A stretch of 64,000 nt of DNA from Salpingoeca rosetta (Eukaryota > Protista > Choanoflagellata): the NCBI GenBank assembly GCA_033442325.1, contig JAWQFM010000028.1, forward strand, positions 62,001-126,000, read 5' to 3'. Positions 53,001-64,000 of this stretch are shown piece after piece (the first letter of the stretch is position 1; each line of letters begins with the position of its first letter). Position numbers and translations under genes: made by a program. Under the pieces are notes generated by a model. It was given only the letters and a program-made list of their open reading frames with translations. It did no database searches and was not told where the DNA came from.

Positions 53001-54061
53001 ACGGGATGGCGCCGCACACGATGCACGAGGCCGCCAGCTTGCACGAAGCCGTCAGCACCACCAGCAGCGACACACAGGGCTCGCCCCCGCCGGCCGGGCC
53101 TGCCTGTAGTCCTGTCCAGAAGACCTCAAAGGACACAGGCCTCGAGGCACTTGGCGACGAGCACGATGACACTGCAGTGCCCTCACTCGCCACCACCCCA
53201 CACTGCGACAGTGCTGACGCTGGCAGTGGTGGCAATCTGCAAGTTACACGTGATGGTGGCGCCCTTGTGGCCAGCGATGACCGTGCCCGTGGCTGTGAGG
53301 GCCGTGGGGAGAAATGCGGTGAGGGCGATGCTGTAGGTGTTGAAGGCGAAGGAGTCCTGGGCAAGAGCGAGGCAGAGGATATGGCGAGCAGCCACAGCAA
53401 CGTCGTATTTGTTGATGCCCAAGCCAGTGGAGCAGTGACATCCAAGCGCCCGAGATGGTACCGGCTGTTGACGCGGATGGTCCTGCGGAACGCACAGCTT
53501 GACCGGCAGTTTCGAGGGTTCGAGGCGTTCTCGCGCCTGGCCAGGGTCGAGCTTGTGTCCTGCACGCTCAACCATGCTGTCATCAGCAACATCGCCGACG
53601 TTGGCATCTACATGTGCACTGGCATCGCCTCCGTGCGCGGTGTGAAGAAGCTCGTCGCCAACAGCCTGCGCCTGACTTTCCAGAGCCTCGAGGACATTGC
53701 CGAGGCATACATCGTGGCCAGCTCAGAGACATACATTGGGCACACGGCCAACGTTGCCAAGTGCGATATTGACCTGCGTGGCCTGCGCAGGTTTTTGCAG
53801 AGGCAGACGAGAGAGACATTGCAGGTACCGCTGCTTGAGCGCGCGCGTGCGCTGGACGGCATCGCCTGCCTCCACCTCACGTGGTCCTACCTGAAAAAAG
53901 ACCCAGACCGGCCCTACGACGCAGTGTTGCAGATGACAAAGCAGCGGTGGCCGAAGACGCTGCGCGAACGCTTTCTGTTGTACCGGCAGATTGTGCAGGA
54001 TATGAAGGAAAAGCGCCAAGAGCACCCCCGCATGCTTGAATTGAGACTCGAGCGCACATAG
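50027..54061 (+). CDS. Intronless 1344-aa protein with F-box-like N-terminus and LRR-like solenoid segments split by S/T-rich inserts (paralogue B)
   Basis: Single 4-kb ORF. LRR-like strands LRGVPYVVLWG, LRRATGVSLRD, LRDVRILALDKC, VTDVHISNCQLLESL and FSRLARVELVSC. Homologous blocks shared with A. Confidence 0.85.
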   Translation: MTTFSCSQWALIAERLLPLDRLQRQAIDKDLHLVHVAGPRRRATPEIRAERDSIRGFLRLMMTCRELYHDLPFAVPKWCLSDNFKFIFRCHGVIDWPPEFAKDSGLPHEQAWLDDRFLALSWLGVNWSKSCCVFERTKFHSCFRAKAQTCVKVLTYSPVGLLHEYAQAFKRDANTARSRSGTATSVTSALAADPSSSTTTTTVATPTTTAATATAGAEATTTTATAATVRSTRRIHTPPRAALLQLCITIESMVELTQFMQLLMDMQRCAVRIMCKVKIQFRSGHPTTIRDLSFFDLHHITLHSSDVELVNVRFYGVHEVQWFACGHQRLDTVEFVRAHKVLLSQPPTTGIPVNTEALRGVPYVVLWGVVPSDLGPLRRATGVSLRDTYAHDVPSLRDVRILALDKCQLDELPALTLNSEVVLLTDQNHIGALTLPAASRVRVDRCPLRAITVGQQAPSLGPDSTRTHRLPNQHPGTIHVTDVHISNCQLLESLTVHDNGSTTSNRACQVYIAGASALRRLKLMPRTELTTAGCAQFPLQCLQSTPMHTMRLAVASTLARLQSLPDDANVLLGCCQGCAISAGDAALQPRYDTSTNVNTTTSTAPPFSGSTEAAGSSAARGTTSTRAQLPPCVKQIDMMTITGPTTPAQLQAFHAQASTNPSVAHGVYYEANLLWIGEERPARVCGDASEGAKLTEPVAEVADNNSTADRPSVLNAESLSKLKERARAARARARTEAPQMYITRKGHNNHINHVRFYHSRNYFCYNNNNNSSSSSTSSTASSTSSSTSTNTSTSTSTSTSSAAATTLAQFGGIFADSSSTVAIPPVVPIPDDPIGLEALHVPDSGSTSSSTSPSSWLVDLRPKHMHDGRTTTTTASTSTTTTTTASTSTTTTTTASTSTTTTTSTTTASISSSSSGGIDLLPGSDPLASLPRVDPLAPDACSTLVSEIESERNNDAAWDAMVAVPEDNDLAMLLPQWNIDVNAVDSMVLGDDGMAPHTMHEAASLHEAVSTTSSDTQGSPPPAGPACSPVQKTSKDTGLEALGDEHDDTAVPSLATTPHCDSADAGSGGNLQVTRDGGALVASDDRARGCEGRGEKCGEGDAVGVEGEGVLGKSEAEDMASSHSNVVFVDAQASGAVTSKRPRWYRLLTRMVLRNAQLDRQFRGFEAFSRLARVELVSCTLNHAVISNIADVGIYMCTGIASVRGVKKLVANSLRLTFQSLEDIAEAYIVASSETYIGHTANVAKCDIDLRGLRRFLQRQTRETLQVPLLERARALDGIACLHLTWSYLKKDPDRPYDAVLQMTKQRWPKTLRERFLLYRQIVQDMKEKRQEHPRMLELRLERT

Positions 54062-54219
54062 TGGTGCGGACCGGCAGAGGCAGGGACACAAGGAGTGACA
54101 TGAGGGGGCGGTCATGAAGTCGTGGGAGGCTGGTGGTTGGTGGTTGGTAGCTCAACAACGCCAAAAAGGGCTCGCAGACCAATGGCGACGGTGCGAGCGA
54201 GGACCCGCCACAGCTCTTG

Positions 54220-54301
<82 letters not shown>

Positions 54302-54774
54302 TGCGATTTGTTGGTGACTGAGATCAAAGCCGTTCTGTTTTGCTTCAGTTGCAAGAAAGCAAGGTTGAGGCTAGTATGTACATTCACATCGATATTCATT
54401 GCAAGTGTGTCAACATAAACAGCTTTGCTTGTCGCGGTGTTGCCACCACAACGTGCTCCGCCACCCGTTGCATTCGCACCTACAGTGGTGTGATATGACT
54501 AATGCTCTAATGCTGATCTGCCGTCTTCCACCTTCTTTTGCTCCAACATGCTTCAGAGTCCTCTTGCTTGAAGAGTGCAATGGAGAGTTGACAATTTTTT
54601 GGGTTGTTTGTTTCCACTACAACGTCAATTTTGACCTTGGCAGCCCAGAAGCAAGGTCAATTTTGCTTTTAGCGAACAAGACACAGACGCTGCTGTTGTT
54701 CGCTGCTGTGTTGTCGCAGTGAGTGCTGTAGGCGAGCGTGCTGCTGTCGCATCACATCACAAACAGCGTTCGAG

Positions 54775-59390
<4,616 letters not shown>

Positions 59391-59669
59391 CACGCACGCA
59401 CACGCGTTGGTGTGCAAGGTTGAGACCGTGGTTGTGGGTTGTCTGTGAATGCAGTGTGACGTATGTGTGTGTGTGTGTGTGTGTGTGCACGTGTGGATGG
59501 TGTGCGTTTATATGTGTGGAGGATGTGCGCTTGTGTGTCTCACTTTACCCTCTTTCCCCTTATCCTTCTTCACTTCCATGTGTCCGGCTTAGTTGCTCCT
59601 TCTGATCTGACATGTGTGTGTGTGTGTGTGTGTGTGTGGTTTCTTGCTGCGGTGTTGCCTCGTGGCCGT

Positions 59670-59767
59670 TTGCTTCTCAGTGTCATAGTGTCTCGTGTAA
59701 CATTTCGACTCGGGAACATTGCTTCTCAGTGTCATAGTGTCTCGTGTAACATTTCGACTCGGGAACA
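59670..59767. repeat. Perfect 49-bp tandem duplication between the convergent ERp44 and SWEET 3' ends
   Basis: TTGCTTCTCAGTGTCATAGTGTCTCGTGTAACATTTCGACTCGGGAACA x2. Confidence 0.95.
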
Positions 59768-59969
59768 GCCAGTCTTCAATCCAATCAAGCCATGATAGCA
59801 CGTTGCATGGCGTGAAACGACGCGAAGGCCCTTGCAACTTGGTGCCACATTTGCGTTGTGTGCGAAGGAGCGGGGACAGTAGGAGTTCGGGTGTCACATC
59901 ACAGAGTACACACTTAACACTTGACATAATGCAACGCAGCAAACCACCATTTCATGCAACAAAACACAC

Positions 59970-60003
<34 letters not shown>

Positions 60004-60081
60004 CTCAAATCACCACTACCTGCAAACACTACCACCACCGCCGCCACCATTCTGGGTGCATACGCATGCCCACTTGGTGGC

Positions 60082-61144
60082 CTAGTCGCCGCGGTGGATG
60101 CCAAATCGCATGAACATGGTCATCTGCACGGAGGCAGCAAGGAAGCCGAGGGCATTGGGCACCCAGATCAGCGGGTCGCCCATCACCACAAACCCATATC
60201 CGCTCCAGCACGCGCCATTGAAGAACGTCGCCTGGTGCCAACAAATCGTGGTGGTAATGGTGTGGTGGCGGTTGAAGGAGGAGGGTGTGGTGGTGTTTGG
60301 GAGTGAGTGAATGCGCAGTTATGTGAGTTGATGTGCGTCTCGTGTGAGTGCATGCGCGGTCTTGTGCGTCGATGTGAGTTGGCGTGTGTGTTTGCAGCAG
60401 ATGATCAAGAGCATCATCACACATGACAGCAGCCACCAGCTGCACCCACCTCTCAACACCATCACAACATCCACGCCGCCTTCCAACCGCATCCCCATCC
60501 CAACCGCACCCTACACCAGCCCACAACCTCCTCCCACGCGAGTGCGCACCAGGGATGTTGCAAACGGCATGGCCTTGGTGGACTTCTCCGCGAGCACGGT
60601 GCGAATGGTGGCGAGCGGCGACGCCATGAGGATGACAGCAAGCACGTCACCGGTCAGGCCAATATACGGCACGACTTGCTCTGTCGGCAACGCCAGGGCA
60701 GCGCCTGTGACGGCGGCGATGATGGCAGATGAGCCTGCAAGCAGCTTGGCCTGCGACTGCGTTGTGTACTTGAGGTACACGGCCGTGTACGCCGCACCGA
60801 AGATGGCGCCGCTCACGTTGGGCAGCATCACCGTCATGTCACCAATCAGGTGCCCGTACCACGTCCAGATGACGCAGTTTGTGAACAGCGAGAGCGATGG
60901 CAGGATGCTCAGCTTGCCCACCGACTTCTCCTTGATGATTTGTCGCGTGGCCACACTCCTGCAAGCACGTGTGAGGGCGAACGAGTGTATATGAGGGCGA
61001 ACGTGTGTGTGTGTGTGTGTGCGTGTGTGTGTGTGTGTGTCATGGGCAAGGGAAGCGTTGTTGTTTACACTCCATCGATCATTGACCACAGCGTCACTGT
61101 GGCACGAATACACTCACACGCACGCACGCACACATACACACACG

Positions 61145-61193
<49 letters not shown>

Positions 61194-62066
61194 CCTGAGA
61201 GCTGGAGGGAGAGAAAGAAGGCTGGCCCAGAGACCTGCAGTAATGTGAGGAGCGCTGTTGGAATGGTAAAACCGGCAGCGGTCGTGACAGTTGCCGTTGT
61301 GATGGGGGTACCCCCTGCCGCACACAGCGCCACTGCTGGCATGCCTGTCATTGCGCCTGCGCAAAGGCCAGCAGGCAACGTAACCGGCCATATTCTCTTC
61401 GCATCCGCGCCTTTGTCCACGTGCCACTTCTCTACCTCTTTGCTACTACTCTTGTTGCATGGTTGCTTGCACAATGCACCGGGCTGGATCGGGGATATGT
61501 ACATATGAGTGTACATGCATGTGCGTATGTGTACGTGTGCGTGAGTGTGAGTGTGTGTGAGTGTGTAGTGAGTGTGTAGTGAGTGTGCAGTGAGTGTGTG
61601 TGAGTGTGTAGTTAGTGTGTAGTGAGTGTGTAGTGAGTGTGGAGTGAGTGTGTGGAGTGAGTGTGCATGTGTGAGTGTGCATGTGTGAGTGTGAGTGTGT
61701 AGTGAGTGTGGAGTGATTGTGCAGTGAGTGTGGAGTGATTGTGCAGTGAGTGTGGAGTGAATGTGGAGTGAGAGAGATAGAGAGAGGCATATGCATCGGC
61801 GCACACAAACACACCCACACACACTCTCTCCTTCTCAACCCCCCCCCCAAACACACACACACACACACCTGCAATGTCGTCGCCATGGCTGGTGCTGTCT
61901 GGCTGCTGCATCGATGGCACAGCATCAACGGCGACAGCAATCGCACCAACCCGCCGCGACCGCCTCCATAACCACCACCATCACCACCACCTCGTCGCAC
62001 AGCAGCAGATCGCATCAGCAGCAGCATCGCTGCCTTTGCCCTCCCAACAACAGCAACAGCAACCAT
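60082..62066 (-). CDS. SWEET (MtN3/saliva) sugar transporter with long N-terminal extension, 4 exons
   Basis: IIKEKSVGKLSILP, NCVIWTWYG, ASPLATIRTVLAEKSTKAMPF, WSGYG and IWVPNALG. Exons 62066-61869, 61483-61194, 60958-60550 and 60231-60082 splice in phase. An upstream in-frame ATG lies at 62156. Confidence 0.9.
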
Positions 62067-62954
62067 CGTCGTTTTGCCACTGCACAAACCAAAACACAAA
62101 CAACAAGCACAAACACAACAGAAAACAAAAAAAAGGACAGGCAGGATTGATTCCATGCACCTTTAAATCCTGACTTCAGGGCCGAATTCCTGCTGTCCTT
62201 CCCTTTGTTTTGTTTGTGGTTGCGCACTGCAAGCAGGCAAAACAACCAAACAACAAAACACCAGCAGCCGCCCAGCAAAAGCTGCAGCTTGTGTGCGTTT
62301 CTCCTCCTCCTCTCTTCCCACACAGCTGTACTTGCCGCAAGCGCACCCACCGCTTGACACCACCACCACCACCACCATCAGCACACAAACAAGCACCAGC
62401 GCTCCTTCCTTCCAGCTCCACCCTCCGCTTGTGCTTGTGCGAGTGCGCAGCCCCCGCACGTTTGCCTCCCATCCATTGGGTCGTGTTCTCTTTTGTGCGT
62501 TTTGGATTTCATTCGGCTGTACTGTTTGGGGGCGGTTCCCAACTCCGTTCGCCCGGCTGGACAAGACTCACCGCCGTCTTGCTGTCTCGCTTGCTGTTTC
62601 GCTTGATTGTCTCGCGTCGCTTTTGCTTCCGCTCGCTGGGATCGATTGTCCTGGTGCACGATTCCCACCTCTATCAGCTACAACCACCACAGCCTCTTCT
62701 GCAATCCCCGCCCCACCGTCGCTTTGCTATCCTCCTTTGCTTGGTTGAGCTGCAACATTCACTCCCAGTGCGTTTTCGCTGGCTCTCATCTCCATCGTAC
62801 ACGCACGCAGCTCCGACACAAAGAAAGCGAGGTTGCCTGCCCAATCGAGCAGCAACCCGTCTCAGCAAGCCACCAGCAAGCAAGTACGCTTCATTCTCCC
62901 CTCCCCTACACTCAACCGCCTCCTTGTTGACCCGGTCACACGGACTCCTTCGCC

Positions 62955-63024
62955 ATGTCCTTTCCATCGCCCCGTTCCCAGCCGCATTACCAGCAGCATC
63001 AGATGCCGCAGCCACAGTTCCAGC

Positions 63025-63109
<85 letters not shown>

Positions 63110-63340
63110 GTCACCCAGTCAGGTGCGTTCGTGACATGAAAGGATGCTTGCGTGCTGTGTGCACGACGGCGTCTTGTGTTTGGGGCGCACCAAACAGCGC
63201 GGTTCTCATCTCCATGCATGTGCATGCTCTCTTCCAACAGGGCGAACACGTGAAGGATGCTGTGAAGATGCAGCTGTCGTGGTACTTGTGCGCAGAGAAC
63301 CTCAGCAGACCCGTGAGTAGGCGGCTTGAGTGCTCGAGAC

Positions 63341-63408
<68 letters not shown>

Positions 63409-63678
63409 CTGCTCTCATGCTTGGCTCGCCATGCTCTTCGGCTTGTCTTTGTGTAACTGTCGCTGTTTTCCCCTTTGCATCCTTGCTTGATGGCAACCAG
63501 GATCACTATCTCCTCAATTCGATGCTTGGCCCCGAGATGTGGGTCCCTGTGCAGCTGCTCATGCAGTTTCCAAAAGTTGCGGTAAGCGTTTCGTACACAC
63601 ACGCACACACACACACACAAACGCACACACACACACACACACTGCCACACACACACACACACACTGCCACACACACGC

Positions 63679-63721
<43 letters not shown>

Positions 63722-64000
63722 TACACAGTCCTTTGAAATGCGCACTTGCTTTGTGTTGCTCGGAACGCCGCTACTGCTCACACATGCACACCATCACCTT
63801 CTTTCTGTTTGTTTTGCACGTACCTCCCCCCTGCCCCTCACCAACACTGCCATCAACACCGCCGCAGCAAATGACGTCTGACCACGATCTTGTGATCGCG
63901 TGTATGCACGAGCTGCCATCGCTCGATGTCTCGCAAGACCGCCAGTTTGTTCGCCCGCGTAACTTCGCTCTCCTCTCCAGCGAGTCAGTCTCACCCTCGT
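62955..64000 (+). CDS. La-motif RNA-binding protein (LARP4-like), 3'-partial
   Basis: PolyQ N-terminus, then [17 protein letters not shown]|DHYLLNSM...[13 protein letters not shown]...MTSDHDLV...[11 protein letters not shown], which is a La motif. Confidence 0.8.

Noticed and set aside
52318-53607. Long antisense ORFs (429 aa here; also 6235-7104 and 46136-46783)
   Set aside because: They are shadows of GC-rich, low-complexity coding sequence on the opposite strand.

Overview
Gene-dense eukaryotic DNA with many short GT-AG introns, most filled with (CA)n/(TG)n, (CAA)n or (GAT)n microsatellites, plus four 100-N assembly gaps. The style is most consistent with a choanoflagellate such as Salpingoeca rosetta (inference, no search run). 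Most ORF-track entries are repeat noise, so I rebuilt genes by hand-splicing exons. In order: ERLEC1/XTP3-B-like lectin (5'-partial), divergent LST8-like WD40, HBS1L GTPase, sulfotransferase, degenerate NT5C3-like HAD protein, TPT/SLC35E transporter, a 5'-truncated CRE-like non-LTR fragment, NOP58, CHY zinc finger, GET4, RPL26, CPSF1, two intronless head-to-head F-box-like/LRR-like paralogues, ERp44, SWEET and a La-motif protein (3'-partial). The best leads are (1) a phase-compatible alternative terminal exon in HBS1L that looks like the Ski7/HBS1LV3 exosome adaptor, (2) the intronless paralogue pair with a 137-bp x3 upstream repeat, (3) a SWEET with a presequence-like N-terminal extension, and (4) the CRE-like retroelement remnant. 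All homology calls come from motif recognition, and exon boundaries are manual predictions.
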